Shown here: piece by piece, positions 22,357 through 31,771 of the stretch
Layout of the letters: every line of letters begins with the position of its first letter
Position numbering within the stretch: the stretch's first letter is position 1
Assembly (NCBI GenBank): GCA_035506195.1
Contig: DATJPV010000023.1
Coordinates: 1,050 to 65,049 of the forward strand
From: Patescibacteria group bacterium
GTDB taxonomy: Bacteria > Omnitrophota > Gorgyraeia > Gygaellales > Profunditerraquicolaceae
Reading direction: 5' to 3'
DNA: 64,000 bases
Position numbers and translations under genes: made by a program
The notes under the pieces: model-generated
What the model was told of the DNA's origin: nothing
Seen by the model: the letters and a program-made list of their open reading frames with translations, nothing else
Databases searched by the model: none

Positions 22357-22815
22357 TTATTTAACTTTCTGATAAAGGTACTTCTGCAGGGCGTTCCAAG
22401 TGCGTTTGCCTGCCTTGCCGTCGACATGCAAGCCGTTATCCTTCTGGAATGCCTTTATGGCGTTACGGGTCTGCTTGCCCCCCTTGCCGTCGATCGGACC
22501 CGGGTCATAACCGGCATTCTTTAATGCGATCTGGACATGCTTCATGGTAGGCCGCGACTTTACTTCGGGAACCACTTTTTCCGCGACGGCCTGCTGGTCC
22601 GCTACTTTGGCCTGAGCAACCGTGTTTGCCTTATTCAATTCATCTTTTAAACCGTTGATCTCTTCGTCCTTAGACTGAAGCTGCGTTTCCATGACCGAGA
22701 TCTGATTGCGTAGCCCCTGGACCTCGAGGTCCTTCTGTTTCCGGGCGGTTGCACAGCCGCTTAACATTCCTACCACCGATACCAGCGCAAAGAGCGCCAC
22801 TAGTTTCCTTGCCAT
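22357..22815 (-). CDS. lipoprotein with coiled-coil and C-terminal peptidoglycan-binding (PG_binding_1-like) domain
   Basis: It has a lipobox (MLSGC) and a heptad-like segment (LRNQISVMETQLQSKDEEINGLKDELNK). The C-terminus is IQIALKNAGYDPGPIDGKGGKQTRNAIKAFQKDNGLHVDGKAGKRTWNAL. I set the start at ATG 22815, behind the SD AAGGAGGAG. The track start at 22821 is a GTG inside that SD. Confidence 0.75.
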   Translation of the reverse strand: MARKLVALFALVSVVGMLSGCATARKQKDLEVQGLRNQISVMETQLQSKDEEINGLKDELNKANTVAQAKVADQQAVAEKVVPEVKSRPTMKHVQIALKNAGYDPGPIDGKGGKQTRNAIKAFQKDNGLHVDGKAGKRTWNALQKYLYQKVK

Positions 22816-22835
22816 CAACACTCCTCCTTTTTGAT

Positions 22836-23555
22836 TTATCCTAACTTCAATGCCTGGGTTAACGTAAATTTTCCCTCATACAACGCTTTGCCCACGATCA
22901 CTCCGGTAAGGCCGGCCTTTTCCAGGACCTTAAGCCGCCTGATATCGTCAAGGGAAGAGACCCCGCCGGAAGCAATAATGCGTAATCCCGTCTCCTTAAG
23001 GAGGTTCTTTATCCCCTGGATGCTTGGCCCTTTCAGGGTGCCGTCTTTCAATACGTCGGTATAGACCATGTGGGTAAAGCCTATCGCCTTGATGAGCGCG
23101 GCAAACTGCATGATGTCGACAGCGCCCCGGTTCGACTGCCAGCCCTTGATCAGCACCAAACCGTCCTTGGCATCAGCACTGATGAGGACGCGGTCTTTGA
23201 ATACCTTGAAGATCCTTTTGAGGAAACCGGCGTCTTCGACAGCCTTTGTCCCCACGATGACCTTGCTGACCCCGTATTCCAAGGCCGTCCTGATAGTCTC
23301 GGCCGTGCGCACCCCTCCGCCGAACTGCACCGGAACGCCCGCCTCCCGGACAATGGCCTTAACCAGGTGCAAGTTCTTGGGTGTGCCGGTAAAAGCCCCG
23401 TCGAGGTCAACCACGTGCAGCAGCTGCGCGCCAAGGCGCGCCCAGTGTGTGGCGGTTTTAACGGGGTCATGCGAATAGATCTTTTTATCAAGCCTGCCCT
23501 GGACAAACCTGACCACGCAACCGTCCTGTATGTCTACTGCCGGAATAATTAACAC
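22836..23555 (-). CDS. hisA: 1-(5-phosphoribosyl)-5-[(5-phosphoribosylamino)methylideneamino]imidazole-4-carboxamide isomerase
   Basis: 239 aa with IIPAVDIQDGCVVR, QFGGGVR and ASGGVSS. Confidence 0.96.
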   Translation of the reverse strand: MLIIPAVDIQDGCVVRFVQGRLDKKIYSHDPVKTATHWARLGAQLLHVVDLDGAFTGTPKNLHLVKAIVREAGVPVQFGGGVRTAETIRTALEYGVSKVIVGTKAVEDAGFLKRIFKVFKDRVLISADAKDGLVLIKGWQSNRGAVDIMQFAALIKAIGFTHMVYTDVLKDGTLKGPSIQGIKNLLKETGLRIIASGGVSSLDDIRRLKVLEKAGLTGVIVGKALYEGKFTLTQALKLG

Positions 23556-24160
23556 AGGTTAACGAAATTCTTTAACATAGTAAGACCGGTATCCTGACTT
23601 TTCTCCGGATGGAACTGCACGCCGTACACATTATTCTTCCAGACGACCGAAGCAAACGCTATCCCGTAATCGGTGCGGGTGGCGACATCCTGCTGATCCT
23701 GGGGCTCGGGATAATACGAGTGGCAAAAATAGACAAACGCCCCCTCGGCTATATCCCGCAGCAAGGGGCAGGCGGCTTTCTTGACGGAAAGCTGGTTCCA
23801 TCCCATGTGCGGCACTTTCAAATCCGCATCTTGCGCAAAACGTTTAACCGCGCCCTTCAGTAACCCTAAGCCTTTCGATGTCCTGGCTTCCTGGCTTTCC
23901 TGGAAAAGCAGCTGCATCCCCAGGCAGATACCCAGGAAGGACTTGCCCGCGGCAACCTGCTCTTTGATCGCTTCAATGAGGCCTCGCTTCTCTAACTCGG
24001 CCATGGCATCGTCAAAGGCGCCGACCCCGGGAAGCACGATCTTGTCTGCGGCAGCGATATCGGCCGGCCTGTTGGTCACCGTTGTGGCTGCCGACATGCG
24101 CTCCAACGCCTTCTGAACGCTGTGGATGTTGCCCATGCCGTAGTCAATGATCGCGATCAT
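23549..24160 (-). CDS. hisH: imidazole glycerol phosphate synthase glutaminase subunit HisH
   Basis: It has MIAIIDYGMGNIHSVQKALE, LPGVGAF, GICLGMQLL and VYGVQFHPEKS. I set the start at ATG 24160. The track extension to 24361 overlaps hisB and is not HisH-like. Confidence 0.95.
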   Translation of the reverse strand: MIAIIDYGMGNIHSVQKALERMSAATTVTNRPADIAAADKIVLPGVGAFDDAMAELEKRGLIEAIKEQVAAGKSFLGICLGMQLLFQESQEARTSKGLGLLKGAVKRFAQDADLKVPHMGWNQLSVKKAACPLLRDIAEGAFVYFCHSYYPEPQDQQDVATRTDYGIAFASVVWKNNVYGVQFHPEKSQDTGLTMLKNFVNLC

Positions 24161-24161
24161 C

Positions 24162-24767
24162 CTAGTCGATAACCCCTTTGGTTGAAGGGACCCCTTTCCT
24201 TCGGGGATCGATCTGCGTGGCTTGATCAAGGGCCAGCCCCAAAGCTTTGAAGATCGGCTCCAATGTCGTATGCAGATCGGGGCTGATAGGCTCGACCATG
24301 ATATTGACGTTGGCGCCCAGGTGCTTGGCGAAAGCGTCAAATAAATGCTCGGCATCGGCAAAGCTGTAACCGTCCTGCGTCTTGGGAGAAGCCAGGCCCT
24401 TGCTTGTCTTTAAGATGTAGTAACCCCTGCCGCTGATATCTACGCTGACGTTTGCGACCACCTCTTCCATGGGCACCGCCGCAGAACCAAACCTGCGGAT
24501 GCCTTTCTTTTCACTCAGCGCTTTCTTAAAAGCCTCGCCCAGGACCAGACCTACATCTTCGTTGGTGTGGTGGATGTCAACCTTGAGGTCGCCCTTGGCG
24601 CAGATACGCAAATCAAATAATCCGTGGAATGCAAAAAGCTCAAGCAGATGATCAAGCATGCCGATGCCGGTGTCGATCTTCGCTTTCCCGTCACCGTCAA
24701 CAGCCAAGGTAACCGTAATATCGGTCTCCCTGGTTTTTCTCTTGATGGTTGCAACGCGTTTTTTCAT
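24162..24767 (-). CDS. hisB: imidazoleglycerol-phosphate dehydratase
   Basis: 201 aa with GIGMLDHLLELFAFHG and HHTNEDVGLVLGEAF. Confidence 0.96.
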   Translation of the reverse strand: MKKRVATIKRKTRETDITVTLAVDGDGKAKIDTGIGMLDHLLELFAFHGLFDLRICAKGDLKVDIHHTNEDVGLVLGEAFKKALSEKKGIRRFGSAAVPMEEVVANVSVDISGRGYYILKTSKGLASPKTQDGYSFADAEHLFDAFAKHLGANVNIMVEPISPDLHTTLEPIFKALGLALDQATQIDPRRKGVPSTKGVID

Positions 24768-24784
24768 GGGGCGCCCTCTCCGGT

Positions 24785-26011
24785 TTATTTGAACCTGGCT
24801 TTTACTGAATCAAGATGCCTGGCTAAGCCCTCGATCCCGGCTATTTTTTCCAGCGGCTCCTTGATCCTTTCCAGTGCCTTCTTGGAATAACTAATTATAT
24901 GGTTACTTTTGATAAAGTCAAGGGCAGAAAGTCCCGAGAAAAACCGCGCAGTACCGGATGTCGGCAGCACATGGCTTGGCCCGGCGACATAATCTCCTAC
25001 CGCAGCCGGGCTATAAGGGCCCAGGAAGATGGCGCCTGCGTTCCTTATCCCTTTGACCAGCCGCTGCGGATTGTGCACAAGGATCTCCAGGTGTTCGGGG
25101 GCGATCTTGTTCGAGATCCCTACGGCCTGTTCGAGGTTCTCGGTCAAAATGATGAAACCGTCGATACCGTCCATGCGGGATTTGACTTCCCTGGCCAGGC
25201 TCTTGGAATTAGTGATCAAGATGGCCAAACCGCGCGCATGCTCTGCCTGCGCCTTCAGGTCGGCAACGATGAAATCGGGGTCGCTGTAACGGCTGGCGAT
25301 AACGACCAATTCGGTCGGACCGGCGATCATGTCGATATCGACATATCCGAATACCTGGCGCTTAGCCTCGGTCACATAGATGTTGCCGGGGCCGACGATC
25401 TTATCGACCCTGGGGATGGTTTTGGTCCCGTACGCCAGGGCGGCGATAGCCTGGGCGCCTCCCGCCCGATAAATCTCATCGACCTTCAGGAGGTCTGCGA
25501 TAACCAGGATATGGGGATTGATCCGGCCGGTCTCATCCGGGGGGCTGACCAGCACGATCTTTTTTACCCCGGCGATCTTCGCCGGCAGCACGGTCATATA
25601 CACCGATGACACCAGGGGCGCCGTACCTGCGGGGATATACACCCCGATTTTTTCCAGGGGCGTATAATTTTCCCCCAGCATGACGCCGTCTTGGCCTTTC
25701 ATCCTCCAGGATTTCTTGATGGTCCGGCGGTAGAATTGAGTCACATTCTCGATGATGACCTTGAGGCTGGAGACGAAATTGGGGCTGATATTCTGATAGG
25801 CGCCGCTTATCTCGATCTGGGAAACCTTTAACTGCTTGGGGGCCAGGCGGACCCGGTCAAACTTCTTGGTGTACTTCAAAACCGCCTCATCCCCTAAGAC
25901 CCTGACATCCTCGATGATACGCTTGACTTTCTCCGTCACCCGTTTAGAGCGGACGAACTGGCGGCAATATATTTTTTCAAGCTGGGGGCTCGTTGAACGT
26001 ATGATTTTCAT
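24785..26011 (-). CDS. hisD: histidinol dehydrogenase
   Basis: 408 aa with IGVYIPAGTAPLVSSV, IAGPTE, QAEH and GPSHVLPTSGTARF. Confidence 0.95.
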   Translation of the reverse strand: MKIIRSTSPQLEKIYCRQFVRSKRVTEKVKRIIEDVRVLGDEAVLKYTKKFDRVRLAPKQLKVSQIEISGAYQNISPNFVSSLKVIIENVTQFYRRTIKKSWRMKGQDGVMLGENYTPLEKIGVYIPAGTAPLVSSVYMTVLPAKIAGVKKIVLVSPPDETGRINPHILVIADLLKVDEIYRAGGAQAIAALAYGTKTIPRVDKIVGPGNIYVTEAKRQVFGYVDIDMIAGPTELVVIASRYSDPDFIVADLKAQAEHARGLAILITNSKSLAREVKSRMDGIDGFIILTENLEQAVGISNKIAPEHLEILVHNPQRLVKGIRNAGAIFLGPYSPAAVGDYVAGPSHVLPTSGTARFFSGLSALDFIKSNHIISYSKKALERIKEPLEKIAGIEGLARHLDSVKARFK

Positions 26012-28632
26012 AGGCTAACCTGGCTGATAGCGCGTGTGAGCTTCTCGAGGGCTTTGTTGAGATTTTCCGGCTTGCTCCCCCCTGCCTGAGCGAAATCTTT
26101 CCTGCCTCCGCCGCTGCCTCCTATTTCGGAAGCAACCTCCTTTATGAGCTTGGAGGCATCGATACCTTTGGCGCACAGGTCCTGCGTAACCGCAATAACT
26201 ACGCATGCCTGACGGTCGTTCCCGGAAGTACCGACAAAGATGGCGTTACTGGTTTTGGCTTTTACCAGATCCGCAGCCTTCCTTAATACGTCCATCTGCG
26301 CGTCTTTATAGTCTTTCGTGATCAACTGCAGCCCGTTGATATCTTGCCCCTCCTTGATAACGCTATCAATGGAGTTCTTTAGCGCCTCGCCCTTAAGCGC
26401 ATCCAGCTGTTTTTCTATCGCCCTGATCCTGGCCAGGCGTTTTTCCAATTCCCCGTAGGCGTTCTCAATCGGCACGCCCAGAAGCGCGGCGATATCGGCC
26501 AGGGACTGCTCTTCTTCCTTGACCAGCCTATACGCCGCGTCTGCCGTCACCGCCTCTATCCTTCTTACGCCGCTGGCTACCGAGCCTTCCTGGGTTATCT
26601 TGAATAAACCGATCTGGCCCGTATGGCTCAGGTGGGTGCCTCCGCAGAATTCCTTGGAAACGTCTCCTACCGATACTATGCGCACCTTGTCATCGTATTT
26701 TTCTCCGAAAAAAGCCAGGGCGCCGCTTTTTCTTGCCTCGGCCAAAGCAAGCTCCGTAACGCAAAGGCCTTGGTCACGGATGACTTCTTTATTTACCAGT
26801 TCTTCGATCCTGTCTAATTCCGGCTGGCTAACGTCTTTAAAATGCGTAAAATCAAAACGCAACCTGTCCTGCGCCACCAGGGACCCCTGCTGCTGCACAT
26901 GGTCGCCCAGGACCTTGCGCAAGGCTGCCTGCAAAAGATGCGTGGCGGTGTGGTTACGCGCTACTGCCAGCCTGCGTTCGACGTCTATTTCCGCCGACAC
27001 GGTATCCGACTTTTTGAAAGCGCCTTGCGCCACCCTGCCGATATGGACGATCACTTTATCCGATTTCCTGGTGTCGAGCACCTCAAACACATTCGGGCCG
27101 TTTATCAGGCGGCCCGTATCGCCGACCTGTCCTCCTGACTCGGCGTAAAAGCAGCTCCGGTCCAGGACCACCCGGGCCTCTTCCCCTTTCTGGATGAGTT
27201 GGGCCTCGCCGGGATCCTTGAGGATCTTCAGGATCCTGGCCTCCTGAACGTACGCATCGTAACCGGTAAACTGCGTTTCCTTAACGCCCAGGTCCAGGTC
27301 TTTTATATCAAAGACGTCGCCTTTCATGTTGCTTTGCGATTTTGAACGCTGCTTTTGTTCGTCAAGCTCCCGGTCGAATGCATCTTCGGAAACCGCTATG
27401 CCGCGTGCCGCCAGCCAGTCCTTCGTTAATTCGAAGGGGATCCCGTATGTATCATACAACTGGAAGGCAACCAGGCCGACCTGGCGGGAAGCAGAGGCTC
27501 CGGTAAAACCGCGGAATTTCTCCTCGAACAGGGCCGCGCTTGAATCCAGCGTCGCCAGAAAACCCTTTTCTTCCGACAGGATGACCTCGGCGATATTTTC
27601 ACGGCGACCGACCAACTCAGGATACGGGTCTTTCATAATGTCTGCCAGGATCGGCACGAGCTTGTATAAAAAAGGTTTCTTGAACCCCAAGGAGCGCAAG
27701 GAAAGCGAGCTCTTGCGAATGAGCTTTCGGATGACATAGCCTCTGCCTTCGTTTGAAGGCAGGACGCCGTCGTATATCGCAAAGACCACTGCGCGCAGGT
27801 GATCGGCAACGGCATACGTGTATTCTTTGCTCTGAGGGGCCTCTTTCTTCGAACCGCCCTCGATTTCCTTGAGGAGCGGCCGGAACAAATCGGTCTCGAA
27901 GTTATTCGGCACCCCCTGCATTACCGCTGCCAGCCTCTCCAGCCCCATCCCGGTATCGATGTTCTTCTGCGGCAAAGGTTCCAAGGCGCCACCCTCCCGG
28001 CGGTTGAATTGAGTAAAGACAAGATTCCATACCTCGAAGAATCTTCCGCAATCGCAGCCGGGGTTGCAGTCGGCTTTTCCGCAGCCCACCTCTTTGCCGC
28101 GGTCAAAAAAGATCTCCGAACACGGGCCGCAGGGGCCGTTGGGGCCCTTCTCTTTTGCTTCCGACGGCCAGAAGTTGTGCGTATCCCCCAGCCGGATAAT
28201 CCTGGCCGCAGGGACCCTGACCGCATCCCTCCAGATCGCATACGCCTCATCATCGTCTTTGTACACCGAGACCCACAGCTGCTCCGGGGGGACTTTCAGT
28301 TCCTGCGTGAGAAATTCCCACGCCCAGGCAATCGCCTCTGCCTTGAAATAATCCCCGAAAGAGAAATTACCGAGCATTTCAAAGAAGGTATGGTGCCCGC
28401 GGGTCTTGCCTACCTTATCCAGATCATCCGTGCGCAGGCACCGCTGGGACGAAGCAGCGCGGGTGTAATCGGTAATCAAGCCAAGGAACTGCTTTTTGAA
28501 CTGGTTCATCCCCGCCGGGGTAAACAGAACGGTAGGGTCCTCCCGGGGGACAAGCGAATCACTCTCTACGATCCGGTGGCCTTTGGAGGCAAAGAACTCA
28601 AGGAATTTTTTTCTAAGGGCGTCTGCGGTCAT
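26008..28632 (-). CDS. alaS: alanine--tRNA ligase
   Basis: 874 aa with FFASKGH, FTPAGMNQFK, HHTFFEMLGNFSFGDYFK, the editing-domain HTATHLL, and a C-terminal DHHA1-like GGGGRKDFAQAGG. Confidence 0.98.
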   Translation of the reverse strand: MTADALRKKFLEFFASKGHRIVESDSLVPREDPTVLFTPAGMNQFKKQFLGLITDYTRAASSQRCLRTDDLDKVGKTRGHHTFFEMLGNFSFGDYFKAEAIAWAWEFLTQELKVPPEQLWVSVYKDDDEAYAIWRDAVRVPAARIIRLGDTHNFWPSEAKEKGPNGPCGPCSEIFFDRGKEVGCGKADCNPGCDCGRFFEVWNLVFTQFNRREGGALEPLPQKNIDTGMGLERLAAVMQGVPNNFETDLFRPLLKEIEGGSKKEAPQSKEYTYAVADHLRAVVFAIYDGVLPSNEGRGYVIRKLIRKSSLSLRSLGFKKPFLYKLVPILADIMKDPYPELVGRRENIAEVILSEEKGFLATLDSSAALFEEKFRGFTGASASRQVGLVAFQLYDTYGIPFELTKDWLAARGIAVSEDAFDRELDEQKQRSKSQSNMKGDVFDIKDLDLGVKETQFTGYDAYVQEARILKILKDPGEAQLIQKGEEARVVLDRSCFYAESGGQVGDTGRLINGPNVFEVLDTRKSDKVIVHIGRVAQGAFKKSDTVSAEIDVERRLAVARNHTATHLLQAALRKVLGDHVQQQGSLVAQDRLRFDFTHFKDVSQPELDRIEELVNKEVIRDQGLCVTELALAEARKSGALAFFGEKYDDKVRIVSVGDVSKEFCGGTHLSHTGQIGLFKITQEGSVASGVRRIEAVTADAAYRLVKEEEQSLADIAALLGVPIENAYGELEKRLARIRAIEKQLDALKGEALKNSIDSVIKEGQDINGLQLITKDYKDAQMDVLRKAADLVKAKTSNAIFVGTSGNDRQACVVIAVTQDLCAKGIDASKLIKEVASEIGGSGGGRKDFAQAGGSKPENLNKALEKLTRAISQVSL

Positions 28633-29102
28633 GAATCAAGTTTTGAAATGGCCTCAACAATTGCATCGGACGAAAATCCGCGGCGTACAAGGGAGGAAAA
28701 GATGCGCCTTTTGGCTTGCTGGGGATCGAGCCCCTTCAGTTTCCCGGATTTTTCCCGGACAAGTCTTTCGACGATCGCCTCTTCCGAATACTCTTCTTTG
28801 ACCCTGCCGATCTGGCGATCGATGATATCGCTATCGATGCCCTTCAGCCTTAATTCCACGCGCAATCTGCGCAGTCCCAACGGCTTTTTGATACGGGACG
28901 CGATCCAGGCGCGGGCGAACTCATCGTCATCGAGAAAGCCCTTTTCTTTCAGGAAAGAAACGACCTGTGCAATCGTCTGGCGGTCGAACTTCTTGGCCTC
29001 CAGGCGCCGGGATATCTCTGCTTCGCTGCGCATCCTGAATTTAAGCAAGAGGAAGGCGTAGCGTTTTGCCTTCTGGAGCGCGGGCGAATCCTGTTTATTC
29101 AC
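28629..29102 (-). CDS. recX: recombination regulator RecX
   Basis: 157-aa helical-repeat protein (LLKFRMRSEAEISRRLEAKKF, FLDDDEFARAW) between the recA region and alaS. The call rests on context plus family-like repeats. Confidence 0.75.
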   Translation of the reverse strand: MNKQDSPALQKAKRYAFLLLKFRMRSEAEISRRLEAKKFDRQTIAQVVSFLKEKGFLDDDEFARAWIASRIKKPLGLRRLRVELRLKGIDSDIIDRQIGRVKEEYSEEAIVERLVREKSGKLKGLDPQQAKRRIFSSLVRRGFSSDAIVEAISKLDS

Positions 29103-30558
29103 CTGTTTTTACCACGCAGAAGCCGCGGTTGGTCTTAATCAGCACATCACCGCGCGCTTCCGAGGTCAACCGCGCGTAATCGCCGAGGTTGGCTACCGGC
29201 TGATTATTGATCTGGCGGATGATATCCCCGCTCATGAGCCCGGCATCGTCTGCAGGGCTGCCCGAGGCGACTTCCGAGATTACCACTCCGGAGGCATCCT
29301 CCAGGTTAAAATGCCTGGCTACATCGGGGGTGATCTCCTGCACCCGCAACCCCCGCCATACGCCTTCAGGCGCAGACGTCATTTTCTCTATATTCTGAGG
29401 CCGCTCTCCGATCTCGACGGAGATGGAAACTTCTTTTTTATTCCGGATGACCGTAACTGTCGTTTTCTTGCCGACGTCGGTTTTGCCCACGGCATTGAGC
29501 AATTCACGGACGCTGGCGATAGGTTGATTGGCAAGGCGGACGATCACATCTGCGTCCTTGATGCCGGCTTTCTGTGCCGGCCCGTTCTTGACTACGCCGG
29601 CGACCAAGGCTCCCTTTTTCTCGGTAAGCCCAAATTGCTTTGCCAAATCGTCATTGAGGTCCTGGACGGTCACCCCCAGCCAGCCATACAATATTTTCTT
29701 GCCTTCGATCAGGCGGGCAATGATCCTCTTGGCGGTATTGCTGGGAATGGCAAAACCGATGCCTTGATAGCCGCCGCTGGTAGAGAATATCGCCACGTTG
29801 ATCCCTACTATTTCTCCTTTAAGGTTCACCAGGGGCCCGCCGGAATTTCCGGGATTTATCGCCGCGTCAGTTTGAATGAGGTCCCCGTAATCCCGGTCAT
29901 TGGGCATGGCCTTGCCTAATGAACGGTGCAGCGCGCTGATCACGCCCGCCGTCACGGTAGGTTCGGGGTTCTGGAGCGCAAAACCGAAAGGATTACCGAT
30001 CGCCACTACCCACTGCCCGATCTTTGCGCTATCGGAATCCCCGAGGGCGGCCACGGGCAGGTTACGGGCATTGACCTTAACCACGGCCAGGTCGGAACGG
30101 GAATCCTGCCCCTTGATCTCCCCCTTGAACTCTCTGCCATCGGGCAGGGTTACGGTAATCTTATCCGCCCCGTCAACCACGTGCTCATTGGTAAGGATAT
30201 AACCTTCGGGGTCGATAATCACCCCCGAGCCAAGGCCTACCTGTTTATACTCCTGGTCGGGCATGTTACGGAAATAATCGCCGAAGAAACGACGCAGAAA
30301 TTCATCATCGCCAAAGGGGGATTGGGCGCCCGGGGGGACGTTGAAATAAAACCTCCTGCCTGCCGGGGCTTTATCGGTATGCTCCGTACTGATCGAAACC
30401 ACTGCCTTGCCTACGGTACGGGCTACTTCGATTACGCCGTTCTCTAAACTAGGCTGCTCCCCTTGCGATGGCGCCGGGGGCACCTGGCCCTGTGCTGACG
30501 AAAAGACGCTTAACCGCATGACCAAAACCAAAGCAAAAAATGCGATTTTTCTTTTCAT
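29095..30558 (-). CDS. htrA: HtrA/DegP/DegQ-family periplasmic serine endoprotease with two PDZ domains
   Basis: 487 aa with a signal peptide. The catalytic triad context is [15 protein letters not shown] and [17 protein letters not shown]. Two PDZ-like regions are present (GVTVQDL...; [10 protein letters not shown]...). Confidence 0.93.
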   Translation of the reverse strand: MKRKIAFFALVLVMRLSVFSSAQGQVPPAPSQGEQPSLENGVIEVARTVGKAVVSISTEHTDKAPAGRRFYFNVPPGAQSPFGDDEFLRRFFGDYFRNMPDQEYKQVGLGSGVIIDPEGYILTNEHVVDGADKITVTLPDGREFKGEIKGQDSRSDLAVVKVNARNLPVAALGDSDSAKIGQWVVAIGNPFGFALQNPEPTVTAGVISALHRSLGKAMPNDRDYGDLIQTDAAINPGNSGGPLVNLKGEIVGINVAIFSTSGGYQGIGFAIPSNTAKRIIARLIEGKKILYGWLGVTVQDLNDDLAKQFGLTEKKGALVAGVVKNGPAQKAGIKDADVIVRLANQPIASVRELLNAVGKTDVGKKTTVTVIRNKKEVSISVEIGERPQNIEKMTSAPEGVWRGLRVQEITPDVARHFNLEDASGVVISEVASGSPADDAGLMSGDIIRQINNQPVANLGDYARLTSEARGDVLIKTNRGFCVVKTGE

Positions 30559-30574
30559 GGCTGTGCCTCCAACA

Positions 30575-31636
30575 CTATTTTTCCGCCTTCTCTTCTTTCT
30601 GGTCTATCTCAAGCGCGCCGGCGCTGATCTTCTTGCGGACTTCTTTCTCGATATCATCCTGAAGCTTGGGTTTTTCTTTAAGCAGCTTGATCGCTCCGTC
30701 CCTGCCCTGGCTGAGCTTTTCATTCTGAAAAGAAAGCCACGATCCGGATTTTTCCAGCACTCCCAGGCTAATCGCCGCATCGATAACGCATCCGGTTTTG
30801 GCGATCCCCTCGGCATGCAGGATCTCGAATTCTGCCTCTTTGAAAGGCGGGGCTATCTTGTTCTTGACGACCCTGGCCCGCACACGGTTGCCGATCACCA
30901 TCTCCCCGGACTTCAAGGTAGCGATCTTACGCAGGTCAAGCCTTACCGAAGCATAGAACTTGAGCGCCCGGCCGCCGGGCGTGGTTTCGGGAGAGCCGAA
31001 CATGACGCCGATCTTCTCTCTGATCTGATTAATAAAAATGACACAGGTTCGCGATTTACTGATCGCGCCGGTCAGCTTCCGGAGCGCCTGCGACATCAGC
31101 CTTGCCTGTAAGCCGACATGAGCATCCCCCATCTCTCCTTCGATCTCGGCGCGAGGCGTAAGCGCTGCCACCGAATCGATAACGACCATGTCTACGGCAT
31201 TGGAACGCACCAGCGTTTCGGCAATTTCCAGGGCCTGCTCGCCTGTGTCCGGCTGGGAGATCAAGAGCTCATCCAGATTGACCCCGATAATCTTGGCATA
31301 TGTCGAATCGAAGGCATGCTCTGCATCGATAAACGCAGCCACCCCTCCTTTTTTCTGGATCTCTCTGATAACCGTTAAAGTAAGCGTTGTCTTTCCTGAA
31401 GCCTCGGGACCAAAAACTTCGATAACCCTGCCCCTCGGCAGGCCTCCTATGCCTAAAGCCCAATCCAGCGTAAGGGCGCCGGTAGGGATGGCTTCGACAT
31501 CGGCCTTCACGTGGCTGCCCAACTTCATGATCGAGCCTTTCCCGAACTGCTTCTCGATCTGGGTAAGGGCCAGCTCCAGGGCCTTTCTGCGGTCAGAAAG
31601 ATCTTTTGTTTCCTCTTTTTTCTTTTCTATAACCAT
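30575..31636 (-). CDS. recA: recombinase RecA
   Basis: 353 aa with [19 protein letters not shown], Walker [13 protein letters not shown] and [22 protein letters not shown]. Confidence 0.99.
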   Translation of the reverse strand: MVIEKKKEETKDLSDRRKALELALTQIEKQFGKGSIMKLGSHVKADVEAIPTGALTLDWALGIGGLPRGRVIEVFGPEASGKTTLTLTVIREIQKKGGVAAFIDAEHAFDSTYAKIIGVNLDELLISQPDTGEQALEIAETLVRSNAVDMVVIDSVAALTPRAEIEGEMGDAHVGLQARLMSQALRKLTGAISKSRTCVIFINQIREKIGVMFGSPETTPGGRALKFYASVRLDLRKIATLKSGEMVIGNRVRARVVKNKIAPPFKEAEFEILHAEGIAKTGCVIDAAISLGVLEKSGSWLSFQNEKLSQGRDGAIKLLKEKPKLQDDIEKEVRKKISAGALEIDQKEEKAEK

Positions 31637-31683
31637 TGCAACCTCCGATGTTGAACGCTGTTTTGTGTGTAATCGAGAAAATA

Positions 31684-31712
31684 ATTATAGCTTAGCCTGA
31701 TTTGGCTGTCAA
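31684..31712 (-). promoter_or_regulatory. consensus sigma70 promoter upstream of recA
   Basis: The minus strand reads TTGACA, then a 17-nt spacer (gccaaatcaggctaagc), then TATAAT. It lies about 45 nt upstream of the recA ATG, and the SD GGAGG precedes the start. Confidence 0.7.
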
Positions 31713-31754
31713 ACAAAATCCTCCTTTCTACTACAATAGACGCAAAAAGGAGGA
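31711..31754 (-). terminator. intrinsic terminator after the mtaB-like gene
   Basis: The stem tcctccttt (31719-31727) pairs with aaaggagga (31746-31754). On the minus-strand RNA it is followed by UUUUGUUU, and it abuts the recA -35 element. Confidence 0.7.
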
Positions 31755-31771
31755 AAATCTAACTCTCTTAC

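Noticed and set aside
24161-24361. A 67-residue N-terminal extension of the hisH ORF.
   Set aside because: It overlaps hisB in another frame and is not HisH-like. Canonical HisH begins MIAIIDYGMGN at ATG 24160, 1 nt after the hisB stop. Similar track over-extensions were trimmed for the major pilin (39072 to 39024), the tonB-like gene (48309 to 48258), the lipoprotein (22821 to 22815), the small basic protein (56730 to 56718) and the TMTC-like gene (56418 to 56403). Several of the track starts are GTG codons printed as M.
27799-29061. A 420-aa plus-strand ORF, the longest ORF on the plus strand.
   Set aside because: It lies entirely antisense to alaS and recX, which carry unmistakable conserved motifs. 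Its sequence is low-complexity and rich in R, P, G and L, with no recognisable domain. This is a typical antisense shadow in GC-rich coding DNA.
31637-31771. A LexA/SOS operator upstream of recA.
   Set aside because: No CTGT-N8-ACAG, GAAC-N4-GTTC or other obvious palindrome overlaps the promoter. I only note the absence, because a lineage-specific operator cannot be excluded by eye.
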